A stretch of 64,000 bases of DNA. It comes from Alphaproteobacteria bacterium. GTDB lineage: Bacteria > Pseudomonadota > Alphaproteobacteria > UBA6615. The DNA lies in assembly GCA_039980135.1 (NCBI GenBank), contig JBDXCV010000014.1:1013-65012 (forward strand), in the 5' to 3' direction. Each line of letters starts with the position of its first letter. Within the stretch, counting starts at the first letter, position 1. This document shows, piece after piece, positions 8,608 through 17,808 of the stretch. Position numbers and translations under genes: made by a program. The notes beneath the pieces are model-generated. The model ran no database searches and was not told where the DNA came from. It worked only from the letters and a program-made list of their open reading frames with translations.

Positions 8608-9552
8608 ATGCATATGAAAAATCTCATATTATCATTCTTCCTCATCCTATTTCTCAACATGGGTCAGGCGGCGGCGGCCGACAAGATCACGGTGATGCTC
8701 GACTGGTTCGTCAATCCGGACCACGGGCCGCTATTTGTTGCGCTCGAGCGCGGCGAGTTCGAGAAACGGGGTATCGAGGTTGAACTGATCGCGCCCGCCG
8801 ATCCGAACGACCCGCCCAAGCTCGTCGCGGCGGGCCGTGCCGACCTTGCGATCTCCTACCAGCCCCAGCTCCACCTGCAGGTCGCTCAGGGTCTGCCGCT
8901 GGCGCGGATCGGCACCCTCGTCGCAACGCCGCTCGCCTCGCTGGTCGTGCTGGCGGATGGGCCAATCACCTCGATCGCGGACCTGAAAGGCCGCAAGGTC
9001 GGATTCTCCGTGGGCGGTTTCGAAGACGCGCTGCTCGGCGCAATGCTGGCCAAACACGGGCTCAACCTCGACGATGTGGAACTCGTGAATGTCAATTTCT
9101 CGCTTTCGCCGTCCCTGATGAGCGGTCAGGTCGACGCCGTCATCGGCGCCTACCGGAACTTCGAGCTCAACCAGATGGATATCAACGGCCGGCCGGGCCG
9201 CGCGTTTTTCCTCGAGGAAGAAGGCGTCCCCGCCTATGACGAGCTGATTATCGTCGCCAAGAACGACCGCCTGTCGGAGCCGGCTTTCGCGGCGTTCCTG
9301 GATGCCATCGAGGCAGCCACCCAGTTCATGATCAACCGGCCTGACGAGGCCTGGGAGCTGTTCATCAAGGACCGCAAGGATCTGGACGACGAGCTGAACC
9401 GCCGGGCCTGGCGCGATACGCTGCCCCGCTTCGCGCTACGCCCGGCCGCCCTGGACCGGGGCCGCTATGATCGTTTCGCCGAATTCCTGAAGGGTCGCGG
9501 CCTCATCGAGACCATCCCGCCGGTAGAAACCTACGCCGTAGAGCTGCGCTAG
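8608..9552 (+). CDS. thiY: Periplasmic NMT1/THI5-like substrate-binding protein (ThiY-like)
   Basis: Signal peptide MKNLILSFFLILFLNMGQAAA followed by ITVMLDWFVNPDHGPLFVALERGEF, typical of NMT1/THI5-like binding proteins. It is the last gene of the riboswitch-controlled operon. Confidence 0.8.
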   Translation: MHMKNLILSFFLILFLNMGQAAAADKITVMLDWFVNPDHGPLFVALERGEFEKRGIEVELIAPADPNDPPKLVAAGRADLAISYQPQLHLQVAQGLPLARIGTLVATPLASLVVLADGPITSIADLKGRKVGFSVGGFEDALLGAMLAKHGLNLDDVELVNVNFSLSPSLMSGQVDAVIGAYRNFELNQMDINGRPGRAFFLEEEGVPAYDELIIVAKNDRLSEPAFAAFLDAIEAATQFMINRPDEAWELFIKDRKDLDDELNRRAWRDTLPRFALRPAALDRGRYDRFAEFLKGRGLIETIPPVETYAVELR

Positions 9553-11435
9553 GTCTGTTCGGCCGGTGCGGGAATGAAGACGCCGTCGGCCATATCCGAC
9601 GCGGTTTCTTCTTCCCGCAGGGCCGCGGCCTGCTGGCGACGCCAGAGTTCGGCGTAGGCGCCATCCTGGGCCAGCAATTCATCGTGACGACCGCGTTCGA
9701 TGATGGTGCCGTCGTCGAGTACGATGATCTCGTCCGCGTTCACCACGGTTGAAAGCCTGTGGGCGATGACGAGTGCGGTCCGATCAGCCGAAACTTGTTC
9801 CAAAGCGGCCTGGATTCCCCGTTCGGTATGGGTATCGAGCGCTGACGTAGCCTCGTCGAACAGCAGTATTTTCGGGCTTTTAAGGATCGTGCGGGCGATG
9901 GCGACGCGCTGTTTCTCGCCGCCCGAGAGCTTGAGTCCGCGTTCGCCGACCCGCGTGTTGTAGCCGTCGGGCAGGCTCATGACGAAATCATGGACCTGGG
10001 CGAGCCGCGCGGCCTCCTCCACTTCGGCCGGGCTGGCCGTCGGGCGGCCATACTGGATGTTGTAGAAGACGGAATCGTTGAACAGCACCGTGTCCTGAGG
10101 GACGATCCCGATCGCCGCACGCAGACTCTGCTGGGTCACGGTCCGGATATCCTGCCCGTCGATGCTGATTGACCCCGCTTCCACATCGTAGAAGCGGAAC
10201 AACAGGCGCGAGATGGTCGATTTTCCCGCGCCCGACGCGCCCACAATGGCGACAGTGCTGCCCGCCGGCACATCAAAACTCACATCCTTCAGGACCGCGC
10301 GTCGCGGGTCATAACGGAACGAGACATGATCGAAACGGACTACCCCGTCGCCGACGGCAAGCGGCTGCGCATCGGCCGAGTCCTCGACCTCGCGATTCTC
10401 TTCGAGTAGCCCGAACATCTGTTCCATGTCGACCAGGGATTGTTTGATTTCCCGGTAGACAAACCCAAGAAAATTAAGGGGTTGGAACAATTGCATCATG
10501 TAAAGGTTAACGGCCGTGAAAGCGCCGATCGTCATCGTGCCGTCGGCCACCTGAAAGCCCGACAGGACGAGGAGGATCGTCATGCCAAGCGCCATGATGA
10601 GGCCCTGCCCGACATTGAGCAGGGACAATGTGGTCAGGCTTTTGACCGCTGCCTTCTCGTAACGCTGCATCGAGACGTCGTAGCGCTGCGCCTCATGCGC
10701 CTCGTTGCCGAAATATTTGACCGTTTCGAAGTTCAGCAGACTGTCGATCGCCTTGGTATTGGCCTCGCTGTCGCTGTCGTTCATGGCGCGACGGTATTTC
10801 AGGCGCCACTCGGTGAAGGACAGCGTAAAGATGATGTAGATCACCACCGTCACGAAGGTGATCAGGCTGAATATGAAGCCGAACAGCGACCACAGAATGC
10901 CGCACACCAATCCGATTTCGACCAGGGTCGGCAGGATGTTGAACAGCATGAAGCGGAGCAGGAAATCGATGCCCTTGATCCCGCGCTCGATGGCGCGGCT
11001 GAGGCCGCCGGTCTGGCGGTCCATATGAAATCGCAGCGCGAGCGCGTGCAGATGCTTGAAGACCCGCAGCGCGATAGACCGAATGGCCCGTTGACCGACT
11101 TTGGCGAACACGAAGTCACGCAGTTCCGCGAATGCCTGTTGGCCGACCCTGAGCAGGCCGTACCCGATCAGGAGCGACACCGGGACTGCAATGGCCGCAC
11201 CCGTCGCATCGGCCTCCAGCGCGTCCACAGCCTTGCCGAAGACCGCCGGCACGGCAACGGTGGCCACCTTGGCCGCCACGAGAAGCACCATGGCGATGGC
11301 CACGCGGACCCGCATCTCGACCTGGCCTTTCGGCCACATATAGGGCGCCAACGCACGGATCGCGCGCAATTCCGCGCCCGAACGCCGTGCGGGGGTCTCG
11401 ATTACCGGTTCGGAAGTACGTCTGTGGGCTGCCAT
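9549..11435 (-). CDS. Atm1/HMT1-type ABC exporter (fused TMD-NBD half transporter)
   Basis: Six-helix TMD plus NBD with Walker A GASGAGKST, signature LSGGEKQRVAIART and Walker B LLFDEATSALD. The N-terminus LAPYMWPKG...VRVAIAMVLLVAAK is typical of Atm1-like exporters. The track ORF (to 11732) would overlap the upstream gene, so I chose the ATG at 11435. Confidence 0.85.
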   Translation of the reverse strand: MAAHRRTSEPVIETPARRSGAELRAIRALAPYMWPKGQVEMRVRVAIAMVLLVAAKVATVAVPAVFGKAVDALEADATGAAIAVPVSLLIGYGLLRVGQQAFAELRDFVFAKVGQRAIRSIALRVFKHLHALALRFHMDRQTGGLSRAIERGIKGIDFLLRFMLFNILPTLVEIGLVCGILWSLFGFIFSLITFVTVVIYIIFTLSFTEWRLKYRRAMNDSDSEANTKAIDSLLNFETVKYFGNEAHEAQRYDVSMQRYEKAAVKSLTTLSLLNVGQGLIMALGMTILLVLSGFQVADGTMTIGAFTAVNLYMMQLFQPLNFLGFVYREIKQSLVDMEQMFGLLEENREVEDSADAQPLAVGDGVVRFDHVSFRYDPRRAVLKDVSFDVPAGSTVAIVGASGAGKSTISRLLFRFYDVEAGSISIDGQDIRTVTQQSLRAAIGIVPQDTVLFNDSVFYNIQYGRPTASPAEVEEAARLAQVHDFVMSLPDGYNTRVGERGLKLSGGEKQRVAIARTILKSPKILLFDEATSALDTHTERGIQAALEQVSADRTALVIAHRLSTVVNADEIIVLDDGTIIERGRHDELLAQDGAYAELWRRQQAAALREEETASDMADGVFIPAPAEQT

Positions 11436-11491
11436 GAGGCGATGATTTAGGCCTAGATCACCGCGAAAACCAGATCGGCGGCGCTTTTGAC

Positions 11492-13189
11492 CTAGAAAAT
11501 ATCGACGAAGTACAGGAACAGATAGGCAAACAGCAGTAACGCGACCCACAGAACCATGCTGCCCGTAGGCCAGGTCCGCGCCAAAACACCCTGTGGGCCG
11601 TGGTGGCGGTAAAGCTGCTCCAGGAATCGCTGGGCACGACGGTTTACAGCCCCATAGAAGCGGGCCTGGATCAACCCGCCAGCCTGCGTGAGCCGGCGCA
11701 GGATGTCGCGCGCCAGACGCCGGTAGAGCCAATCCGTATCCAGGTTGGTACAGCGCAGCTCAGGCGGATATAGCCCCGTACGCATCAACACCGTGAAGGC
11801 CAGCGCCGAGAAGAACAGCAACTGCACCTGTGAGAGCACGTGGGAATCCGTGTAGGGAATGAAATCCACCTCAAACGGCAAAATTGCATACAGCGCGGAA
11901 GGCCACACACCGATGCCGATGCAGAGAATTGATGCAAACCCCATGGCGATCAGCATGTTGAGCGGTGCTTCCTTCGGCCGCTTGCCGGAATCATGGGCAA
12001 AAAACGCGAAGAACGGGATCTTGATTCCCGAATGATGAAACACGCCGGCGGACGCAAACAAAAGGACCAGCCAGGTGAAGTAATATCCTTCGTGGGCGGC
12101 GGCGGACAAAATCATCGATTTGCTGACAAAACCGCTGAACAACGGAAACGCCGAAATCGACGCGCCACCGATAATGCAGAACACCGTGGTGAAGGGCATC
12201 GTCTTGTAGAGCCCACCCAGTTCTGTGGCCAGCGTGGTCCCGACGCGATGCAGCACCGCGCCCATCGACATGAACAGGAGCGATTTGTAGATAATGTGCG
12301 TGAAGGCGTGTGCGGCCGCACCGTTCAGCGCCAGCTCGGTGCCGATCCCCACCCCGACCACCATGAAACCCAGCTGGTTGTTCAGGCTGTAGGCCAGCAC
12401 CTTGCGCAGGTCGTTCTCGATCACCGCAAAGAAGATCGGGAACGCGGTCATGGTGACACCGATCCAGATCAGCTCTTCAGTGCCGGCGTATCCGCGCGCC
12501 AACGCATAGATTGCAAGCTTGGTGGTAAAGGCCGACAGCAGCACCGTGCCGGTCGGTGTTGCCTGGGGATAGGCGTCCTGCAGCCAGTTGTGGAGCAGCG
12601 GGAACGCCGCCTTGATCCCGAAGGCCAGCAGGATCAGCACGCCGCCGGCTTCGTCGATGCCGATATGTCCGAACTCGATCGAGCCGGTCTCGTGCCAGCG
12701 CACGATCAACCCGGCAAGCAGGAGAACACCCGAGCCGACCTGAATGATCAGGTAGCGCATGCTCGCCGCGAGCGCCTCGGGAGTGCGCCGCGCCAGGATC
12801 AGGAAAACCGAGGCGATGGCCGTCAGCTCCCAGTAAACGAACAGCGACACCAGATCGCCGACAAAGACAGCGCCGATCGCCGCACCGGCGTAGATCAGCC
12901 CGGAGACATGCTCCTCCACCGCGCGGACATGGAGTGAATAGATAACACCGAGAAAAATGGCGATGATGAACACGTAGCCGAACACCCGTGACAGGGCGTC
13001 GACGCGCAGGAGTTCCAGTTCCTGCCCGAAGGCCGTGATCGGGTAGTGATTGCCGTCCGGCAGGCTGTAGAGCAGCGCGAAAGCCGCGACAGGCAGGGCC
13101 AGCATCCAGATTCCGCGCAGCCAGCCGCGCAGGAACGGCACCGGCAAGGCGCCGAGGATCAGCAGAAGGCCTGGCGGGAACTCAATCAT
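11492..13189 (-). CDS. MrpA/MrpD-like proton-pumping antiporter subunit (third paralog, 565 aa, with C-terminal extension)
   Basis: Polytopic membrane protein of the NuoL/M/N - MrpA/D type. Its start overlaps the stop of the preceding small ORF (ATGATTGA on the minus strand at 13189-13182). Confidence 0.85.
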   Translation of the reverse strand: MIEFPPGLLLILGALPVPFLRGWLRGIWMLALPVAAFALLYSLPDGNHYPITAFGQELELLRVDALSRVFGYVFIIAIFLGVIYSLHVRAVEEHVSGLIYAGAAIGAVFVGDLVSLFVYWELTAIASVFLILARRTPEALAASMRYLIIQVGSGVLLLAGLIVRWHETGSIEFGHIGIDEAGGVLILLAFGIKAAFPLLHNWLQDAYPQATPTGTVLLSAFTTKLAIYALARGYAGTEELIWIGVTMTAFPIFFAVIENDLRKVLAYSLNNQLGFMVVGVGIGTELALNGAAAHAFTHIIYKSLLFMSMGAVLHRVGTTLATELGGLYKTMPFTTVFCIIGGASISAFPLFSGFVSKSMILSAAAHEGYYFTWLVLLFASAGVFHHSGIKIPFFAFFAHDSGKRPKEAPLNMLIAMGFASILCIGIGVWPSALYAILPFEVDFIPYTDSHVLSQVQLLFFSALAFTVLMRTGLYPPELRCTNLDTDWLYRRLARDILRRLTQAGGLIQARFYGAVNRRAQRFLEQLYRHHGPQGVLARTWPTGSMVLWVALLLFAYLFLYFVDIF

Positions 13190-13469
13190 CGTAATAATCC
13201 TCGGGCCGCTTCACGATGCGACGCAGGATTTCCTTGGCCACGATCACCAACAGGACGCTACCGACAAAGCCGTACGCACCGTAGAATCCGAACGTCTCGT
13301 CAAAGCCGGCTTCGCCATGCCGGTGAATCACGAAATCAAGCAGGACCGCGATCGCGCAAACGATATATAGCGTCCAGGCAACCTTGGTAACGTTGGCCTT
13401 GCTGTCGAGCCACCTTGGGGCCTCGTCGGGCGTCGCCATGGGGACCTCAGTTTCCGGACGATCGGTCAT
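13182..13469 (-). CDS. Small 2-TM membrane protein inside the Mrp-like operon (95 aa, unknown family)
   Basis: ATGA overlap with the upstream MrpD-like stop (13466-13469) and an 8-nt overlap with the downstream start. Acidic N-terminus, two hydrophobic helices (VAWTLYIVCAIAVLLDFVI; FGFYGAYGFVGSVLLVIVA) and a charged C-tail. Confidence 0.7.
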   Translation of the reverse strand: MTDRPETEVPMATPDEAPRWLDSKANVTKVAWTLYIVCAIAVLLDFVIHRHGEAGFDETFGFYGAYGFVGSVLLVIVAKEILRRIVKRPEDYYDD

Positions 13470-14974
13470 CGCGGCACCTCCAGCATGCCCTGAAGCAGCC
13501 CTTCGACCGCATCAGGTGCGAAGAACAGAATGAAACAGGCGAACGCCGTGAACATCAGCGGCACCACGCACAACATGGGCGCTTCAGATATCCGCGCCCA
13601 AAAGCCGTCGGATTCCGCAGCGGGTGCGTGACCATGCCCATGTTCGTCCGCGTCCGGCGGCCGGAAGAAGGCCCGCACAACGATCGGCATCAGATACGCA
13701 ACATTGAGCACGGAACTGATCATCAGCGCGGCGACGACGAACCAGTAGTCGCCGTCCATGCCGCCCAGCGCGATGTAGAGCTTGGACCAGGCCCCGCCCA
13801 GCGGCGGCAGTCCGATGATCGACAACGCCCCGATGAAGAACGCCCCCATCGTGAACGGCATCGCACGGCCAATCCCGTTGAGCTGACTGATCTCAGTCTT
13901 GTGGGTCGCAGTGTGAATCGCACCGGCGACGAAGAACAGCGTGATCTTGCCGAAGGCGTGCATCAGGATGTGCATGCCCGCACCGACCAACGCCAGCGGG
14001 GTCGCGATTGCCGCGCCAAGCACGATGTAGCCGAGCTGGCTGACTGTCGAATAGGCGAGCCGCGCTTTCAGATTATCTTTGGTAAGCGCGATCACCGAGG
14101 CGGCAAGAAGTGAGAAAGTCGCCAGATAAATCAGCCACTCCGACGCGCCGGTCGCCAGCAGATGGTCGGATCCGAAGATGTAGACCGAGACCTTGAGGAT
14201 CGTGAACACGCCCGCTTTCACGACGGCCACCGCATGCAGCAATGCGCTCACCGGCGTCGGTGCCACCATGGCGTTGGGCAACCATTTATGGACCGGCATC
14301 AATGCCGCCTTGCCAATGCCAAAGGCAAACAGCGCGAGCAGCAATCCGGTCGTTAGGCCGCTTGCCTTGCCGGCGAGGATTCCGCCGGGCGTAAAGTCGA
14401 GGGTTCCCGCAATTGCGAGCGTCCAGACCAGAGCCGGAATGAAGAATACAATCGACGTGCCCAGCAGGATTATCAGATAGATTCGCGCACCGCGACGCGC
14501 CTTTGCATCGCCGTGATGGGCCACCAGCGGATAGGTGCTCAGGGTCAGAATTTCGTAGAACAGGAACAATGTGAACAGGTTCGCGGAAAATGCGATTCCC
14601 AGTGCCGCCGCCAGGGCAACGGCGAACGCCACATAAAACTGGGTCTGCCGCGGTTCCTTGTTCCCGCGCATATAGCCGATCGAATAGAAGGAATTCACGA
14701 TCCACAGAAATGATGCGATCAGCCCGAACAATATGCCTAGCGGTTCGATCCGGAACGCAACCTCGAGGCCCGGCGTCACCGCGAAACCGAAAAGGTCCGG
14801 ACGCCCGCCCGCGAGGACCACCGGCAGCAACTGCAATACATTCACGAACAGCATCCCCGCGATCACGAGGGTGACGGCTTCGCGCAAATTCGGGTTGCGG
14901 CGCGTCAGCACGATGAGCAATGCCCCCACCGTGGGGATCAGCAACGCGAGCAGAATGTGATCAGCGGATTCCAA
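13466..14974 (-). CDS. mrpD: MrpD-like antiporter subunit (second paralog)
   Basis: NuoM/N - MrpD type membrane protein. The track start at 15085 overlaps the upstream gene by 100 nt. The in-frame TTG at 14974 is preceded by GAGG (8-nt spacing) and lies 10 nt after the upstream stop. Confidence 0.85.
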   Translation of the reverse strand: MESADHILLALLIPTVGALLIVLTRRNPNLREAVTLVIAGMLFVNVLQLLPVVLAGGRPDLFGFAVTPGLEVAFRIEPLGILFGLIASFLWIVNSFYSIGYMRGNKEPRQTQFYVAFAVALAAALGIAFSANLFTLFLFYEILTLSTYPLVAHHGDAKARRGARIYLIILLGTSIVFFIPALVWTLAIAGTLDFTPGGILAGKASGLTTGLLLALFAFGIGKAALMPVHKWLPNAMVAPTPVSALLHAVAVVKAGVFTILKVSVYIFGSDHLLATGASEWLIYLATFSLLAASVIALTKDNLKARLAYSTVSQLGYIVLGAAIATPLALVGAGMHILMHAFGKITLFFVAGAIHTATHKTEISQLNGIGRAMPFTMGAFFIGALSIIGLPPLGGAWSKLYIALGGMDGDYWFVVAALMISSVLNVAYLMPIVVRAFFRPPDADEHGHGHAPAAESDGFWARISEAPMLCVVPLMFTAFACFILFFAPDAVEGLLQGMLEVPR

Positions 14975-14984
14975 CGTCCAAGCC

Positions 14985-16466
14985 TCAGTAGATTCCGGCC
15001 AAAAGGTCAGCCGCTGCGCGCTGCGCAAGGCCAACCGACCATTGGGTATCGAGCCCGAAGTAAATTGTCGCCGCGACCAGTACATAGGCCGGAATCAGCA
15101 TCGACAGCGGCGCCTCACTGACATTCGCTACCTTCGCGCTGGGTTCGCGGAAGTACGCGACTTCCACGATCCGGCCCACGTAGAGCATGGTGATCAGCGA
15201 TGCGATCAGGATCAGCGCGACCAGCCACCACTGATCCTTTTCCAGTGCGGCCAGCACGATCCACCATTTCGAGATGAAGCCCGAAGTGCCCGGCGTACCG
15301 ATAAGGCCCAGCCCGAGGATCACGATTCCCGCCATCGTGAACGGCATCTTGCGACCGATGCCGGCCATGTCTTCCAGCTTCACAGAGGCAAGCTTGAACA
15401 TGACCGCACCGAGCAGCATGAATATCCCCGCCTTCATGATCGCGTGGTTGATCAGATGGGTCGCGGCGGCCGTCAGGCCTGCTTCGCTCACAAAACTGAT
15501 TCCCAGAGTAATGAACCCGATCTGAGCCACACTCGAATAGGCGAACATGCGCTTCACATCATCCTGGAATATCGCAACCGTGGAGGCGGCAAACATCGCC
15601 ACGACCGACAACACCAGGAACATCTCGGGGAGCGGAGTCGTGGCGAAAAATCCGCCGCCACCGAACACCGTGTAGAAGAATCGCAGGAGCAGATAGATCG
15701 CCACTTTCGTCGCTGTACCGGCGAGAAATGCGCTGGCCACCGCGGGCGCGTAGGCATAGGCGTTCGGCAACCACAGGTGCAGCGGGAACAAGGCCAGCTT
15801 CAGCGAGATTCCAACCGTCAGAAAAGCCAGCGCCACCAATACCGGACGCGTGTGGTTGATTTCGGGAATGCGCTGCGCCAGATCGGCCAGATTCAGCGTA
15901 CCGGTCATCGCCCATAACAGACCGATGCCAATGACGATGAAGGTAGCCCCCACCGTACCCATGATCAGATACTGGTAGGCGGCCGTCAGGGCGCGGCGAT
16001 CCCGGCCCATGGCAATCATCACGTAACTCGCGAGCGACGAAATCTCGAGAAATACGAAGATGTTGAACGCATCGCCCGTGATCGTTACGCCGAGCAACCC
16101 GGTCAGCGCCAGCAGATACATGGCGTAGAACCAGGCTTGGTCCGTATCGTTGAAGCGTGCCGCCGTGCCGGCGCGCGCGAACGGGATGATCGCGGCCCCA
16201 ACACCCGAGACAACCAGAAGCACGAACACGTTGATCAGATCGACGCGATACTCGATGCCGATCGGCGGCGCCCAGCCGCCCATAGCATATGAGACCACGC
16301 CTTCATTCAGGACTCTGAACAGCAAACCGATCGACGCAGCGAACGCCAGCCAGTTCGCGGCAACCGCGATCAGCCAACCGATGAATCCACGTCGGAACAG
16401 CGCACACAGCGGCGCGGCCAACAGCGGTATGACGACCTGGAGAGCGGGCAAATGCTGAGCCAGCAT
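14985..16466 (-). CDS. mrpD: MrpD-like antiporter subunit (first paralog)
   Basis: 493 aa, about 14 TM, NuoM/N - MrpD type. ATGA overlap with the mrpC stop at 16466. Confidence 0.9.
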   Translation of the reverse strand: MLAQHLPALQVVIPLLAAPLCALFRRGFIGWLIAVAANWLAFAASIGLLFRVLNEGVVSYAMGGWAPPIGIEYRVDLINVFVLLVVSGVGAAIIPFARAGTAARFNDTDQAWFYAMYLLALTGLLGVTITGDAFNIFVFLEISSLASYVMIAMGRDRRALTAAYQYLIMGTVGATFIVIGIGLLWAMTGTLNLADLAQRIPEINHTRPVLVALAFLTVGISLKLALFPLHLWLPNAYAYAPAVASAFLAGTATKVAIYLLLRFFYTVFGGGGFFATTPLPEMFLVLSVVAMFAASTVAIFQDDVKRMFAYSSVAQIGFITLGISFVSEAGLTAAATHLINHAIMKAGIFMLLGAVMFKLASVKLEDMAGIGRKMPFTMAGIVILGLGLIGTPGTSGFISKWWIVLAALEKDQWWLVALILIASLITMLYVGRIVEVAYFREPSAKVANVSEAPLSMLIPAYVLVAATIYFGLDTQWSVGLAQRAAADLLAGIY

Positions 16467-16819
16467 CAGTCGGCCTCCATCTCTTGGACTTCGTCGTCCT
16501 CAATCGTGCCATAGGCCTCGTGAATACGGACGACCAGCGCCAGTCCCAGCGCTATGGTCGCCACACCGACCACGATCGCGGTGAGGATCAGCACATGGGG
16601 TAATGGGTTTGAATAGAGATCGAACCCTGGCGCAATGATCGGCGCGGTGCCGCCGAGGACCTTGCCTGGCGAGATGAACAGCAAATAGACGGACGTCTGG
16701 AATATGCTCAGGCCCACCAGCTTTTTGACCATGTTGCCGTGGGCCACGATGATGTAGAGGCCGCCAATCAGCAGGAAGATCGTCACCCAGTAGTTCAGGT
16801 CTGCGAGGATTTGGTTCAT
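16466..16819 (-). CDS. mrpC: MrpC / NuoK-like subunit
   Basis: 117 aa, 3 TM, NuoK-like sequence (NYWVTIFLLIGGLYIIVAHGNMVKKLVGLSIFQTSVYLLFIS). ATGA overlap with the upstream gene. Confidence 0.85.
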   Translation of the reverse strand: MNQILADLNYWVTIFLLIGGLYIIVAHGNMVKKLVGLSIFQTSVYLLFISPGKVLGGTAPIIAPGFDLYSNPLPHVLILTAIVVGVATIALGLALVVRIHEAYGTIEDDEVQEMEAD

Positions 16820-17262
16820 CCCTCGCCTTCCTTTTCATCCGCCTCGTCGGCGCGACCGCCGAAGACATAGAAAATTGCCAGCATGGTCGACGCAACGGTG
16901 ATGAAGACCCCCGCTTCCACGATCAGAATCCCCAGATGCTGGCCCTTCACCGGCTTGCTGCCGAGGGGTGAATAATCGAGGTAGTTTTCCCCGAGCAGGA
17001 GGCTGGCAACGCCGGTTCCGGCAAAGATCAGGACACCGAGCGGGATCATCGTGTTGACGATCGGCCGCGGCACGACCTTTTGAGCCTCATCGATGCCGAA
17101 CACCATCCCGTACAGGATGATCGCCGCTGCCGCCGCCACGCCAGCCTGGAAACCACCGCCGGGTCCATAGTCGCCATGAAACTGGACATAGAGCGCAAAA
17201 ATCAGGATCGCCGGCAGAAGCAACTTCACGACAACGCGGAGGATGACGGTATCACGCAACAT
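16816..17262 (-). CDS. MnhB-related membrane subunit (MbhF-like)
   Basis: LLLPAILIFALYVQFHGDYGPGGGFQAGV is MnhB-like. I prefer the ATG at 17262 because a GAGGGG lies 9 nt upstream; the alternative ATG at 17280 is the track start. Confidence 0.8.
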   Translation of the reverse strand: MLRDTVILRVVVKLLLPAILIFALYVQFHGDYGPGGGFQAGVAAAAAIILYGMVFGIDEAQKVVPRPIVNTMIPLGVLIFAGTGVASLLLGENYLDYSPLGSKPVKGQHLGILIVEAGVFITVASTMLAIFYVFGGRADEADEKEGEG

Positions 17263-17785
17263 CTTTAGAGCGCCCCTCATCCTTGACGATCATGTCGCGT
17301 CGACGGCGTCGCGACAGCAGGATCAGCACCCCGATACCGGCAGTAAAGATCACCGTCACCTCGCCCAGCGTGTCGTAACCACGATAGCTGGCCAGGACGG
17401 CCGTCACGACGTTCGGGGACTTCGTCTCTTTCTCGGCGTTCTCGAGGTAATAAGGCGCGACATGCTGGTTTTGCGGATTGTCGGCGCGGCCGAACGGCGG
17501 CAAGTCGAGAGTGCCGTAGACCAGCGCGCCGCCCGTCAGCAGACACACCAGCAACGGGATGGCCGGCGCATGGCGCAGTGGCGCCTCGCGGGTCCGGGTC
17601 AGATGCAGCACGGCAAGCAGGAGCACGGTCGACATCCCTGCCCCGACCGCGGCTTCTGTCATCGCAACATCGACCGCGTCCAGGACCACCATGACAGTGG
17701 CCAGCAGGAAGCTGTAGGCGCCGCCCAGGATCACCACGGCGAACAAGTTATGCGCGCGGATGATGCCGATCACGACCACGACCAT
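17252..17785 (-). CDS. DUF4040 (MrpA C-terminal / MbhD-like) fused to MnhB-like segment
   Basis: The N-terminal half resembles DUF4040 (AVVILGGAYSFLLATVMVVLDAVDVAMTEAAVGAG). The C-terminal half carries the MnhB hallmark VTAVLASYRGYDTLGEVTVIF. Confidence 0.8.
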   Translation of the reverse strand: MVVVVIGIIRAHNLFAVVILGGAYSFLLATVMVVLDAVDVAMTEAAVGAGMSTVLLLAVLHLTRTREAPLRHAPAIPLLVCLLTGGALVYGTLDLPPFGRADNPQNQHVAPYYLENAEKETKSPNVVTAVLASYRGYDTLGEVTVIFTAGIGVLILLSRRRRRDMIVKDEGRSKDVA

Positions 17786-17808
17786 GAACAGCAGCAGAAC
17801 CGTATCAA

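Noticed and set aside
11436-11732. N-terminal 99-codon extension of the Atm1-like ORF (track start 11732)
   Set aside because: It would overlap the 3' end of the upstream MrpD-like gene by 240 nt. The extension is Pro/Gly/Arg-rich, and the ATG at 11435 gives a normal-length exporter.
14975-15085. 100-nt overlap between two MrpD paralogs implied by the track start at 15085
   Set aside because: The in-frame TTG at 14974 has a GAGG SD and a 10-nt gap after the upstream stop, which fits the tight coupling seen elsewhere in the operon.
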